64,000 nt of DNA from Vulcanimicrobiales bacterium. GTDB taxonomy: Bacteria > Vulcanimicrobiota > Vulcanimicrobiia > Vulcanimicrobiales > Vulcanimicrobiaceae. The translations under genes were made by a program, and so were the position numbers. The notes beneath the pieces were generated by a model. It was given only the letters and a program-made list of their open reading frames with translations, made no database searches and had not been told where the DNA came from. The stretch spans positions 32,001 to 96,000 of the forward strand of contig JBBRLI010000001.1 in NCBI GenBank assembly GCA_038231455.1, in the 5' to 3' direction. Shown piece after piece: positions 8,058 through 19,051 of this stretch (within the stretch, counting starts at the first letter, position 1; each line of letters opens with the position of its first letter).

Positions 8058-10378
8058 TCCCATCACGCGCGCTCGCCCTGACCTTCCTTGCCGCGCTCGC
8101 GCCTCTGCGCGCGTCTGCTGCCGACGTACCCGGTGTCATCAGCGTCACGCAAATCTCGGCCACCCGCGCAGCGCAAGTCCTCCGCGATCTCTATCCGCAT
8201 GCAAACGTGCGGATCGACCGCTCGGCGAACGCCGTGATCGTCGTTGCATCCGAACGCGACCTTGCAGTGATGCGTGCTGTCGTCACGCAGCTGGACGTCA
8301 AGAGCCCGCTGGCGCGCGTCGCGCGTGCGATCCCACTGCACACCGTGCGTCCCTCGACACTCATCGACGAGCTCCACGTCCTCTATCCGTCGGCACGTGT
8401 CGTTGCCGCGCCGGGCGGTCACGCGCTCATCGTCGATGCGGCACCCGCCGACGCGCAAGAGATCGCGGCCCTGAGCGCCGCGATCGATACGCCCCCGCCG
8501 ACGCCGGTGAGCGCGCCGGCGCGCGCGACTGATGCATTGCGCATCACGCAAGCATCACCGACGGCGGTAGCGCGCGCGGTCGCGCAACTCGTTCCGACGG
8601 TCCATCTCGCGGTCGCCGGATCGAACGTCGTCTTTTCCGGCTCGGCGGATGATGTCGAACGGGCAAAGTCGCTCGCAGCGCGACTCGATACACCCGCTGC
8701 CGGCGTGCGCTATCCGGTCGTCTATCGCGCGCGCTACTACGACGCCACCTCGCTTGCCGCTCTGCTTAGCCGGTCGTTTCCGAACGCCAGCATCACCGTC
8801 GCGCGCGACGTCAATGCGCTCACAATCGATGCCACGAGTTCCGAGCAACGCCGTATTGCCGATGCCCTCGCGCAACTCGATACGGGACCATCTTCCTTGC
8901 CGGTTGCAGAACCGGGTACTGTCTCCGCTCCCGTTGCGGCGGGCAGCGGCACGTTTGCCGTCTATACGCTGCGCGCGGCGCTACCCGGCATCAACGGCGC
9001 CGCATCCACGAGCGCAAGCGACATCGCCACCACCGTTACGCAAGCGCTCGCGCAATCGGCGCCGGATTTGCGCATCACGGTATCCGCTAGTTCCAATCAG
9101 CTCGTTCTCTCCGGCAGCCCGCTCTCGCTGCAGCTCGCGCGCAGTCTCATCGATCAGCTCGACGTCGCGCAAAAGCTCGTCGTGCTCGACACGCAAGTGC
9201 TTGAGATCGATGAAAACGTCTCGAAGAATCTCGGGCTCTCGTTTACGAATCCGCTCATCTCGACGAACTATAGTGAAGTCTCGCCGCCGAATGACGCAAA
9301 CGGCAACCCACAGCGGCTGCTGGGCCTGGGTCCGCTCTCGCGAACGCCACTGAGTTTAGGTTTCACGCTCAACCTTGCGATCTCGCAAGGGCACGGACGC
9401 GTGCTTGCCAACCCGCGGATCACGACGATCTCCGGTCGCACGGCAACGATTCGTGCGGGCGATACGATCTCGATCCAAACGACTGCCGGCGGCGGCGCCG
9501 GGACGGTCGCAACGACGCAACTGCAGACATTTCAAACCGGCGTCACGCTCGACATCACGCCGATCGTCAACGCCGATAACTTCATCAGCGTCACGTTGCA
9601 CCCAACCGTCAACAGCAACCTCGGTCTCTTGGCGGGAATTCCGCAAATTTCGACACGCGATACCCAAACGACCGTCGCCCTGCGCGAAGACGAAACGCTC
9701 ATTATCGGCGGACTCATTCAAGAGAATGCGACGCGCACCGATACGAAGATTCCCGTACTCGGCGATCTCCCGCTACTTGGTAAAATCTTCCGCGACGGTC
9801 AAGTCAATACAACGCGCAACGAACTGATCATTACGGTCACGCCACATATTATCGATCCGAGCCGCCTGCGCGTCTCGCCGACAAATTCGGCGCCCCAAGC
9901 ACGACCGACACTTCCGCCGACGACCGTCGTTCCGGCAGAGCGTCCGGCGGTCTCTGCCGTTCCTCCGACGCGCACGATTGCAACGCCCCAGCCGGCCGCG
10001 ATAAATCCCGCACCGACGGTACCGAGCGTCGGCGGGAGCGGCTACGTGTACGGCGCTGTCCCGCCTTCGCTCGTGCTGGGAGCCGCCGAGCTACCGAAGA
10101 TCTTTTTCGTCGCGCTCACACCCTCGCTGCCCTGGGTCGGCAAGACGATCTCGGTCACGGCAATAACATCGACGAACGTACAGCGGCTTTCGCTCACGTA
10201 CGGCGGCGGGTTTACAACGCAGCTTTCGCAGTCAACGTCGGGCCGTTGGCAGGCCACGTTCGCATTTCCGCTCGCCGCCTCCGCGGCACTCGGCAGCGAT
10301 CCAAGCGTCACGCTGATCGCAACGCGCGCGGACCTCGCTGCAACGGCACGCGTCGTCGTGCCGCTCGTCAGCCCGTGA
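8054..10378 (+). CDS. Outer-membrane secretin (GspD/PilQ family) with several N domains; probable CTG start
   Basis: Secretin motifs VLANPRITTISG, GVTLDITP, IIGGLI and KIPVLGDLPLLG. The frame extends upstream of the tracked GTG 8207 to a signal peptide starting at CTG 8054. Confidence 0.85.
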   Translation: MIPSRALALTFLAALAPLRASAADVPGVISVTQISATRAAQVLRDLYPHANVRIDRSANAVIVVASERDLAVMRAVVTQLDVKSPLARVARAIPLHTVRPSTLIDELHVLYPSARVVAAPGGHALIVDAAPADAQEIAALSAAIDTPPPTPVSAPARATDALRITQASPTAVARAVAQLVPTVHLAVAGSNVVFSGSADDVERAKSLAARLDTPAAGVRYPVVYRARYYDATSLAALLSRSFPNASITVARDVNALTIDATSSEQRRIADALAQLDTGPSSLPVAEPGTVSAPVAAGSGTFAVYTLRAALPGINGAASTSASDIATTVTQALAQSAPDLRITVSASSNQLVLSGSPLSLQLARSLIDQLDVAQKLVVLDTQVLEIDENVSKNLGLSFTNPLISTNYSEVSPPNDANGNPQRLLGLGPLSRTPLSLGFTLNLAISQGHGRVLANPRITTISGRTATIRAGDTISIQTTAGGGAGTVATTQLQTFQTGVTLDITPIVNADNFISVTLHPTVNSNLGLLAGIPQISTRDTQTTVALREDETLIIGGLIQENATRTDTKIPVLGDLPLLGKIFRDGQVNTTRNELIITVTPHIIDPSRLRVSPTNSAPQARPTLPPTTVVPAERPAVSAVPPTRTIATPQPAAINPAPTVPSVGGSGYVYGAVPPSLVLGAAELPKIFFVALTPSLPWVGKTISVTAITSTNVQRLSLTYGGGFTTQLSQSTSGRWQATFAFPLAASAALGSDPSVTLIATRADLAATARVVVPLVSP

Positions 10379-11001
10379 AACCGCACCTCGCGATCGTCGC
10401 GTTCGCGCTAGCAGCCAGCGCATGTTCCGGTGCGAATTATAACGTGATCTCGCCGGCGACTCCGATTGGAAGTCCAACCCCGAGCCCTGCGCCGAGCGGC
10501 TCTCCGCCTCCGACGGTATGCGGCGCGGCGATCCCGGGTTCGATCCTCATCGCGGTAGGATCGTATATCGTTCCGCAGATACCGCCCGATCCCACGTACG
10601 GGACGGTAAGCGGATACGCGCTCTCCGATTCAAGCGGCAACTATGCGCTCGTCGCCCGTCCCATCGTCCTCAAGCCGAACGACGTGGTCCAATTCGTCAA
10701 TGTCGATCCGGCGCTCGCGGGCGGGGCACCTGGAACGGCGCATTCGGCAAGCGGTCTCCAATCCGAGTCGTTTCCGGTGCCGCATACGTTTTCCGCAACG
10801 GCTGCGAGTGCCACCGGCACGTCGATCGATAACAGTAGCGCTTGGTCGACCGGCGCACTCTCGGCAATCTCGAGCGCACTCTGCTATTCGCAACGCCTTC
10901 AGCTGCCGGCAAGTGGTGCGTACTACTTCGGTGACTTTACGTACTACAATTTGACCAATATGCGCGATGTGATCGTTATCTCACCGGCCGCTGCAAGTTA
11001 A
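10375..11001 (+). CDS. Lipoprotein with cupredoxin-like fold and degenerate Cu ligands
   Basis: GTGA overlap with the secretin stop; lipobox ASA-C; pattern VQFVN..AHS..GAYYFG...MRDVIVI is plastocyanin-like. Confidence 0.55.
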   Translation: MKPHLAIVAFALAASACSGANYNVISPATPIGSPTPSPAPSGSPPPTVCGAAIPGSILIAVGSYIVPQIPPDPTYGTVSGYALSDSSGNYALVARPIVLKPNDVVQFVNVDPALAGGAPGTAHSASGLQSESFPVPHTFSATAASATGTSIDNSSAWSTGALSAISSALCYSQRLQLPASGAYYFGDFTYYNLTNMRDVIVISPAAAS

Positions 11002-11097
11002 CGGATGATTTAAAACACGCTTCACCCGAAGGTGTGGGAGTGCGCGAGCGCAACCGTAACCAGAGCGGGGAAGCAACCTTCGATCGGGAGTTTTTTG

Positions 11098-13128
11098 ATG
11101 AAGCGTGCCGGTTTTGCGTGTGCCGTTCTAGCGACGCTCCTCCTCGCGCATCCGGGAAGTGCGACCGCGGCGACGACCAATACCATGTTCGTCGCGCGCA
11201 CGCTAAGCGGGTCGCTCGGAACCGATGCGGGTATCGATGTCACGGCGGGCGGCGTCGTTCGCATCAGCGCGAGCGGAACGCTGCGCACGTCGGGCGGCCC
11301 TTGCGGTCCCAATCTCACCCCCGACGGTTGCGCGCGTGCATTTTCACTGACACGCGAGGCAAATGCTCCCGTTGGTATGCTGCTGGTCGCGTTTGTCGAT
11401 CGCGGCGGACGCCTCATTTCATCCTGGACTCCGGTTGGGACGTTCGGCAGTGTCGCCGTCCCGCGCGGTGCGGCGCGCATGATGCTGCGCATCAACGGAC
11501 TTGCCGAGGGGACCTATGGCGCCTACAAAGTGGTCGCGAGTCTGGGCCGCAATCCACAGGACCTCGCAACGACCGGCGGCGTGCGCCGATTGCTTTCGGA
11601 AGCGCGCCAAGTCGGGACGGGCAACTCAATCCTCACGCGTAAAGTTGTGCAAAATGCACTGCGGCGATTCGGCTTTTCCGATACGCCGGCCGCCGTCACG
11701 GCCGTGTATTCGGGCGGCCTGCAAAATTGGTTTGCCGCGCAGCTGAATCCAGACACGATCGCCGATGGCGCACTGGCCGGCTATCTCACAGCAGAGCCCA
11801 ACAACACCGGCTTGCTCCAGAGGAACGACAACAACATTCTCTGCGGCTACGGCACGCTGATGACCGAGCGTCAAGTCTCATCGAAAAAGCAGTTACTCGA
11901 AAAACTGACGATGTACTGGCTGGAACACTTTTCAATCAATGGCTCGAGCACGCTCCCGGGTCCGATCGGCGAATACAACACGATCCTTCGAGCCGACGCA
12001 CTTGGGAATTTTGCTAAGCTCATCTCGGATATCGCACTTCAGCCAGCGATGCTCGACTGGCTCGGCAACAACAACAATAACGGCTCGAATCCCATCACGA
12101 ATCCGCCGAACCAAAACTTCGGTCGCGAACTCATGCAGCTCTACATCATGGGGACCGATCAGCTGAACATGGACGGCACGCAGATCTTCGATGGCACCGG
12201 TGCCGTGAAGCAAAACTACACGCAAACCGACGTCGACAACGTGTCACTCGCCCTCACGGGCTATTCATGGACCGTGCCCAATCCATTTCCGCTCGGGTTG
12301 CCGCGCAATCCGACGACGAACCCCGTCACGTTCACGGCACGCAATCATGGCAAAGGGCCTTACGCGATCATCGGCCAGACCGTCACCGATCCCGGTGATT
12401 CAACGGTCGTCACAAGCGTTATCAACTCACTCGTAGCAAATCCCTCAACCGCACCCTTTCAAGCGCGGGAAATGCTCCAACGCCTGGTGACCGAGAATCC
12501 ATCACCCGCCTACGTCAGTCGGATCGCGAGCGTCTGGGTGGCAAACGCAAACGACCCGCGCCAGATCGCAAATGTCGTCGCCGCAATCGCCGCAGACCCC
12601 GAATTCATCTCCGCGATGTCCCAACCGATGCTCAAGGAGACAACCGAATTCTACATCGACGCGATCCGAGCACTCGGCGGTGCGGCCGCAAATCCCGTGA
12701 CGGGCACCGATCTTGCTCCGCTCCAAGGCGTGCGCGCGGATCTTGAAGGAACGCAACAACTGCTCTACGATCCCGAGACCGTCTTCGGGTTCTACACGGT
12801 CGGCGACAAAGGCCCGGTCCTCAGCAACGGCCTCTTGCTCTCGCGCTACAACATGGCAGCTCGCGTCTCAAACGCGCTCCAGCTCGGCGCGCTCCCCAGT
12901 CTCAGCTCGACGCAAGGTTGCGGCGGAGCCAATAAATTCAACGTCGATGCGAGCAATCTGAGCGCGATGAACGGTATGCAACTCGCTGGCTACTTACTCG
13001 ACGCGCTGGTCGACGGCGGAAATCCCGAACTGCGCGCGCTGGTCACCAACTACATCAACAACGATCCCAAACGAGCCGCCGGTGCGGTGTACATCATCAT
13101 GTCCTCCCCGGAATACGAGGTCAACTAA
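11098..13128 (+). CDS. DUF1800-family protein with an extra N-terminal beta domain
   Basis: Signal peptide; QLLEKLTMYWLEHF, ALGNF, PAMLDWL, NQNFGRELMQL and terminal SPEY motifs. Confidence 0.85.
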   Translation: MKRAGFACAVLATLLLAHPGSATAATTNTMFVARTLSGSLGTDAGIDVTAGGVVRISASGTLRTSGGPCGPNLTPDGCARAFSLTREANAPVGMLLVAFVDRGGRLISSWTPVGTFGSVAVPRGAARMMLRINGLAEGTYGAYKVVASLGRNPQDLATTGGVRRLLSEARQVGTGNSILTRKVVQNALRRFGFSDTPAAVTAVYSGGLQNWFAAQLNPDTIADGALAGYLTAEPNNTGLLQRNDNNILCGYGTLMTERQVSSKKQLLEKLTMYWLEHFSINGSSTLPGPIGEYNTILRADALGNFAKLISDIALQPAMLDWLGNNNNNGSNPITNPPNQNFGRELMQLYIMGTDQLNMDGTQIFDGTGAVKQNYTQTDVDNVSLALTGYSWTVPNPFPLGLPRNPTTNPVTFTARNHGKGPYAIIGQTVTDPGDSTVVTSVINSLVANPSTAPFQAREMLQRLVTENPSPAYVSRIASVWVANANDPRQIANVVAAIAADPEFISAMSQPMLKETTEFYIDAIRALGGAAANPVTGTDLAPLQGVRADLEGTQQLLYDPETVFGFYTVGDKGPVLSNGLLLSRYNMAARVSNALQLGALPSLSSTQGCGGANKFNVDASNLSAMNGMQLAGYLLDALVDGGNPELRALVTNYINNDPKRAAGAVYIIMSSPEYEVN

Positions 13129-13129
13129 G

Positions 13130-14440
13130 ATGGAATTCACCCGGCAGCGTTTTCTGTGCGGCGCATCGGCCCTCTCGCTCTCGTTCACCTCGATGATGCG
13201 CGCGCTCCAAGTCGACGCAGCGGCATCGAACACGATCCTGGTCGTCCTCTACTGCGGCGGCGGAAACGACGGTTTCAACACAATCATTCCGCTTAGCCAA
13301 TACGGGACGTACATCGGACTGCGTCCGCGAATCGGCGTCCTGCAGAGTGATATCGCCGCAGCCGGTACGGCGTTTGATGCAAACACCGCGACGCCAGCGT
13401 CATCGGCGACGACGTATGCGTTCCACCCGAAGATGACGGCGCTGCGCGCCAAGTACGCGCAAGGCAATGTTGCCGTCCTCATGGGCGGCGCGCTGCCGCC
13501 GACGGCGCCGGGTTTGCGCTCACACCCAAACGCCCAATTCGCATGGCTTACGGGCGCGATCGACAAGTATCTCGCGACGACGATCGGCTGGGCGGGCGCT
13601 GCGATCGACCAATTCAGCCCGCTCTCATCCTCGATCGCATCGATGATCTCGGTTAGCGGCAGCCAACCGATTCTCTTTGGGTCAAAGAAAAGTAGCGCGC
13701 TCTCGTTTGGCGGCACGCTCGAAGGTTTCAAACAGCCGTTCCCGGCAAATCAGCTCGCGGCCGATATCGCGACCCAGTCTGCGGACGTTACGATGCTGCA
13801 AAATTACGCGACGGCGGATCCCGCAACGGAACGCGTCCGCGGCATCAGTAGCGCGACCGGGAGCGCGCTCGGAAAAGTCGCGCAACTTGCCGGTCAGGTT
13901 ACGGCGGCGGACTACACAACGAAGTTCACCAACAGTGCCGGTGGGACGTCGACATCCGGACTTAAGACGCAACTGCAGCAGATCGCGCGACTCATCCTTG
14001 CGGGCAACGATTCCAAAGCCTACCACGCGCTACTCGGCGGCTTCGACTCGCATTCAGCGCAGCTCAGCTCGCAGCCCGATCTACTGAAATTACTCTCCGA
14101 GGCGTCCGCCGAATTCATGGATTACCTTGCCGCAAAGAATCCGGCGACGGCGCAGAACGTCATCCTGATGACGGCCTCCGAGTTCGGGCGCAAGCCGCAA
14201 GAGAACGCGAGCGCCGGCACCGATCACGGCTCATCGAGCATGCACTTCTGTATGGGCGCAAAGATCAAAGGCGGCGTCTACGGCGCCTATCCGAGCCTGC
14301 TTACCAAAGATCTCGATAGCAACGGATACGCCGCCGTCAGTTACGACTACCGGAACTACGTCGCGGATATCATCGCGACGATGGGCGCGGATCCCGTGCC
14401 GATCGTCGGCAAGTCGTATCCGAAACTCGGCTTCGTCTAA
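13130..14440 (+). CDS. DUF1501-family protein
   Basis: GGNDGFNT, RSH, GGFDSH, SEFGR and GTDHG motifs; lies directly after DUF1800, as is usual. Confidence 0.88.
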   Translation: MEFTRQRFLCGASALSLSFTSMMRALQVDAAASNTILVVLYCGGGNDGFNTIIPLSQYGTYIGLRPRIGVLQSDIAAAGTAFDANTATPASSATTYAFHPKMTALRAKYAQGNVAVLMGGALPPTAPGLRSHPNAQFAWLTGAIDKYLATTIGWAGAAIDQFSPLSSSIASMISVSGSQPILFGSKKSSALSFGGTLEGFKQPFPANQLAADIATQSADVTMLQNYATADPATERVRGISSATGSALGKVAQLAGQVTAADYTTKFTNSAGGTSTSGLKTQLQQIARLILAGNDSKAYHALLGGFDSHSAQLSSQPDLLKLLSEASAEFMDYLAAKNPATAQNVILMTASEFGRKPQENASAGTDHGSSSMHFCMGAKIKGGVYGAYPSLLTKDLDSNGYAAVSYDYRNYVADIIATMGADPVPIVGKSYPKLGFV

Positions 14441-15858
14441 CGGGCGCGGCGGTTCACGCTTGCGGGCGCGAGCCCCGGACGGAGACGATAGACAACGCCC
14501 GCATTGTCATCGCCAACGAAGAGACTGCCCGATACGCCCACGGTCACGCCTGATGGCTGACCGACGCGGTTGCCAAACGTATCTTGGAAATTTCCGAGAA
14601 ACGAATTCCACTGCGCGCCGGGATTCGTAAAGGTCACGCTCGTCGCGGGCGTGTCGCCGTTCATGCGCACGAACGCGAGGTCGGGCTGTGCGATCGCCAC
14701 GCCGCTTGCGGATTCGTGCCAGGAGCCATGCGAGGTGACGTAGAGGCCGCGGTACGCAGCGGGGAACGCATACGCACCCGTTTGTGATGTTGGATAGACC
14801 GTCAAGCCGATGTGCGTCGAGTACGTCGGGAACTCGACGACGGGCACCGGCGCACGCGAACAATCGCTCGTCGGCCAGATGGCATTGAAGCTATGCTGGT
14901 CGTGTCGATTTTCTTCACACAGCGGCCACATATAATCGACCACCGGCGTTGCGCGCGCGGTCAGATCGTCGACCCAATCGAACGGGCGTCCGTTGAAATA
15001 CGCATCGCTCTGTGCGCCGCACGTCGTCGTTCCTTGCGGTAAGCAGTCTTGGCCGGCGCCGCCAATCCAGAGATGCTGCGAGGTCGGGTTCACGCCCATC
15101 GCAATCGCGTTTCGCACGCGCGTAGCGACGTGCGCGACGCTGCCGCCGTTGAAATCGGTCGAAAGGATTGCCGCGCGCGTCGGGTCGACTTCCGCACAGG
15201 AGTTGCAAGAGGATCCGACACTAACGTAAAGCGTCGTCTTCGAGACGGCAAGCGATGTTGTCGTATGAACGTCACCGTCGGAATTCGGCGCGATCGCACC
15301 GGTTCGCACGTTCAGAATCGGCGACGGGACGGCCGAGGCAACGCGGTCGCCGGTTTTGTACGGCACTTTGTAGACGTGATTGGTGGTCGCGATAAAAATA
15401 GCGCCCGCATCGGGGCTATAGACAACGCTGTGCGCTTTGGTATCCGGCACGGTCGCGAACACGACGGGCGCTTGCGCACCTCCGGCGTTCTCAGCGCCCG
15501 GAATGAGGTAGACGGTTCCGGCGTTCGCCAGCGTTCCGACCAGCAGGTCGCCGTTCGGAAGCGCTGCCATCTGGCGCGCCTGTGGGACATGAGCGACGAT
15601 CTGGGCATAGAATCCGCTCTGCACCGTAATCTGCGCCGGAACGGCCCCGGGCGCGACCGTGGGACCCGCGACGGGCGTTGATGAAGCGGTCGCAACGGGC
15701 GAAGGCGTTGAAGTGGGCGTTGATGTTGGCGTCGGCGCTGCGGTCGTTGAAACCGGCACCGGTGCTGGGGCACTGACGCCGCCTCCGCCCCCTCCAGAAC
15801 ACGACGTAACCGCGACTGCGACGGACAGCAAGGCACACGAGAGCAACAAGCGCTTCAT
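14437..15858 (-). CDS. PQQ-dependent glucose/sorbosone dehydrogenase-family beta-propeller lipoprotein
   Basis: Lipobox and PT linker; H-T-T, VSVGSSCNSC, VRNA, HGSW and GSLFVGDD motifs. Confidence 0.8.
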   Translation of the reverse strand: MKRLLLSCALLSVAVAVTSCSGGGGGGVSAPAPVPVSTTAAPTPTSTPTSTPSPVATASSTPVAGPTVAPGAVPAQITVQSGFYAQIVAHVPQARQMAALPNGDLLVGTLANAGTVYLIPGAENAGGAQAPVVFATVPDTKAHSVVYSPDAGAIFIATTNHVYKVPYKTGDRVASAVPSPILNVRTGAIAPNSDGDVHTTTSLAVSKTTLYVSVGSSCNSCAEVDPTRAAILSTDFNGGSVAHVATRVRNAIAMGVNPTSQHLWIGGAGQDCLPQGTTTCGAQSDAYFNGRPFDWVDDLTARATPVVDYMWPLCEENRHDQHSFNAIWPTSDCSRAPVPVVEFPTYSTHIGLTVYPTSQTGAYAFPAAYRGLYVTSHGSWHESASGVAIAQPDLAFVRMNGDTPATSVTFTNPGAQWNSFLGNFQDTFGNRVGQPSGVTVGVSGSLFVGDDNAGVVYRLRPGLAPASVNRRAR

Positions 15859-15951
15859 GACGCTTAAATTCGGCGCATGGCGACTGGCGCCCGTGTCGAT
15901 TCGGGCAATTGCGTTTAGATCACATTAAAAATTTGTCGCGGGACGATCGCA

Positions 15952-16908
15952 CTATGCGACAACCACGCGACCAATTTGTTTTTCAATGCGTTCGAGCGTC
16001 TGATACGCGGGGAGCGTTTGCATGAGACTCGACTTGGGTTCGCGACCCGCCGCGATTGCCGCGAAGAACTCGCGATCTTCGAGTTCGATACCGTTCATCG
16101 AGACGTCAACTCCGGAGAGATCGATCTTGTTGTTCTTACCGTCGCTCAAATCGTCGTAGTAGGCAAGGTACGTGCCGGTATCGCCGATATACCGAAAGAA
16201 CGATCCCAGCGGTCCGTCGTTGTTGAATGAAAGTGAGAGCGTGAGGATGGCACCGGATTTGACTTTGAGCTGAATACTCATGTCCATTGCGATGCCGAGC
16301 GTCGGGTGAACCGGCCCTTGAATGGCGTTTGCGATCTCCGCTGTCTCACCGGTCTGCCACTGGAAGAGGTCGACCGTATGACACGCGTGATGCCAGAGCA
16401 AATGATCGGTCCAGCTTCGCGCTTGTCCGAGCGCATTGGTATTCGTGCGTCGGAAAAAGTATGTCTGCACGTCCATCTGCTGGATTGCAAGGTGTTTTGC
16501 CGTGATGAGGTTGTGCACGTACTGGTGGCTCGGGTTAAAGCGGCGCACGTGTCCGGCCATAACCCTCACGCCGGTCTCTTCTTGCACGCGTAAGAGATGT
16601 TCGACATCCTCAAGCGAGTCGGCGACGGGGATTTCGATCAGCACGTGTTTCCCGGCGCGCATGCACGCTTCGGCCTGCGCTCGATGGATCTGCGTTGGCG
16701 AAGCCAAGATGACCGCTTCGAGCCCGGGTTGCGCCAGCGTCTCGGCAAGATCGGTCGTCCAGTGCGGGATCTCGAATTTCTTCGCGACTTCTTGCGTTGT
16801 CTCCGGACGGCCGCCGGCAAGTGAGATAACCTTGATGCCGGCGATGTTGCGAATCGCTTCGAGATGCTTGACGCCAAAGGCCCCCTGCCCGGCGAGTGCG
16901 ACGTTCAT
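15952..16908 (-). CDS. ligC: 4-carboxy-2-hydroxymuconate-6-semialdehyde dehydrogenase (Gfo/Idh/MocA family)
   Basis: GQGAFG; RSWTDHLLWHHACHTVD; adjacent to ligAB. Confidence 0.88.
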   Translation of the reverse strand: MNVALAGQGAFGVKHLEAIRNIAGIKVISLAGGRPETTQEVAKKFEIPHWTTDLAETLAQPGLEAVILASPTQIHRAQAEACMRAGKHVLIEIPVADSLEDVEHLLRVQEETGVRVMAGHVRRFNPSHQYVHNLITAKHLAIQQMDVQTYFFRRTNTNALGQARSWTDHLLWHHACHTVDLFQWQTGETAEIANAIQGPVHPTLGIAMDMSIQLKVKSGAILTLSLSFNNDGPLGSFFRYIGDTGTYLAYYDDLSDGKNNKIDLSGVDVSMNGIELEDREFFAAIAAGREPKSSLMQTLPAYQTLERIEKQIGRVVVA

Positions 16909-16935
16909 GTGTGCTGCTGTTCCTTCGTGTGCGCG

Positions 16936-18160
<1,225 letters not shown>

Positions 18161-18163
18161 CGC

Positions 18164-19039
18164 TTAGGACTCGGGCCAGTAGAGTCGCATGGGATTCTCA
18201 ACGAGGAGCTTCTGCTGCAGGTCTTGCGTCGTTGCAATACGCGGAATGAAATCGACGAGCATGCCGTCGTCCGGGACGTGCGTCTCCATATTGGGATGCG
18301 GCCAATCCGTACCCCAAAGCACGCGCTCCGGATAGCGTTCGACAAGCGCCTTGCCGAATGGCACGACGTCATCATACGGCGGACCGATTTTCGATAGACG
18401 TTCGGGGCCACTGACTTTCACCCAAATATTTTCGTGCTCGTCCATCAGGCGTAGGAAGCGCAGCCACTGCGAATGATCCGTTCCGAGTTCGACATCCGGC
18501 CGACCCATGTGGTCGACGACGACGATCGAGGGCAGCGAGGTGATGAAGCGGGCGAGGTCTTCAAGTTCGGGAGCTTCGAAATAGATGACGATATGCCAGC
18601 CGAGTTTGACGACTTTCTCGGCGACGCGCAGATAGTTCTCGCGCGGCGTGCTATCGACTAGCCGCTTGAGAAAATTGAAGCGTACACCGCGCACGCCGGC
18701 ATGATCCATTACCTTGAGTTCATCGAGCGAGATATCGGTGTCGACCACTGCGATACCGCGCGCCTTCTCCCCGGCCGCGTCGAGCGCATCGATCATCGCG
18801 CTGTTATCGGTCCCGTGGCAGCTGGCTTGGACGATCACGTTGCGATCGAACCCAAGCATGTCGCGCAGCGCGAAGAGTTGTTCCTTGGGTGCATCACCCG
18901 GCGTATACTTGCGTTTGGGCGAGTACGCAAAGACGTCGCCCGGTCCGAAGACATGGCAGTGCGCATCGACCGCACCATCGGGCACGAGGAATTTTGGTTT
19001 GGATGGGCTAGGGTGGTACGCGTTGAGATCGAGGGCCAT
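18164..19039 (-). CDS. ligI: 2-pyrone-4,6-dicarboxylate hydrolase
   Basis: VDAHCHVFGP, VQASCHGTDN, RGVRFNF and WGTDWPHPN motifs. Confidence 0.92.
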   Translation of the reverse strand: MALDLNAYHPSPSKPKFLVPDGAVDAHCHVFGPGDVFAYSPKRKYTPGDAPKEQLFALRDMLGFDRNVIVQASCHGTDNSAMIDALDAAGEKARGIAVVDTDISLDELKVMDHAGVRGVRFNFLKRLVDSTPRENYLRVAEKVVKLGWHIVIYFEAPELEDLARFITSLPSIVVVDHMGRPDVELGTDHSQWLRFLRLMDEHENIWVKVSGPERLSKIGPPYDDVVPFGKALVERYPERVLWGTDWPHPNMETHVPDDGMLVDFIPRIATTQDLQQKLLVENPMRLYWPES

Positions 19040-19051
19040 TGACGCAGTTCC

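Noticed and set aside
15909-15926. CRP-like site upstream of the PQQ dehydrogenase
   Set aside because: Only one good half-site (TCACA), and the spacing or other half is poor.
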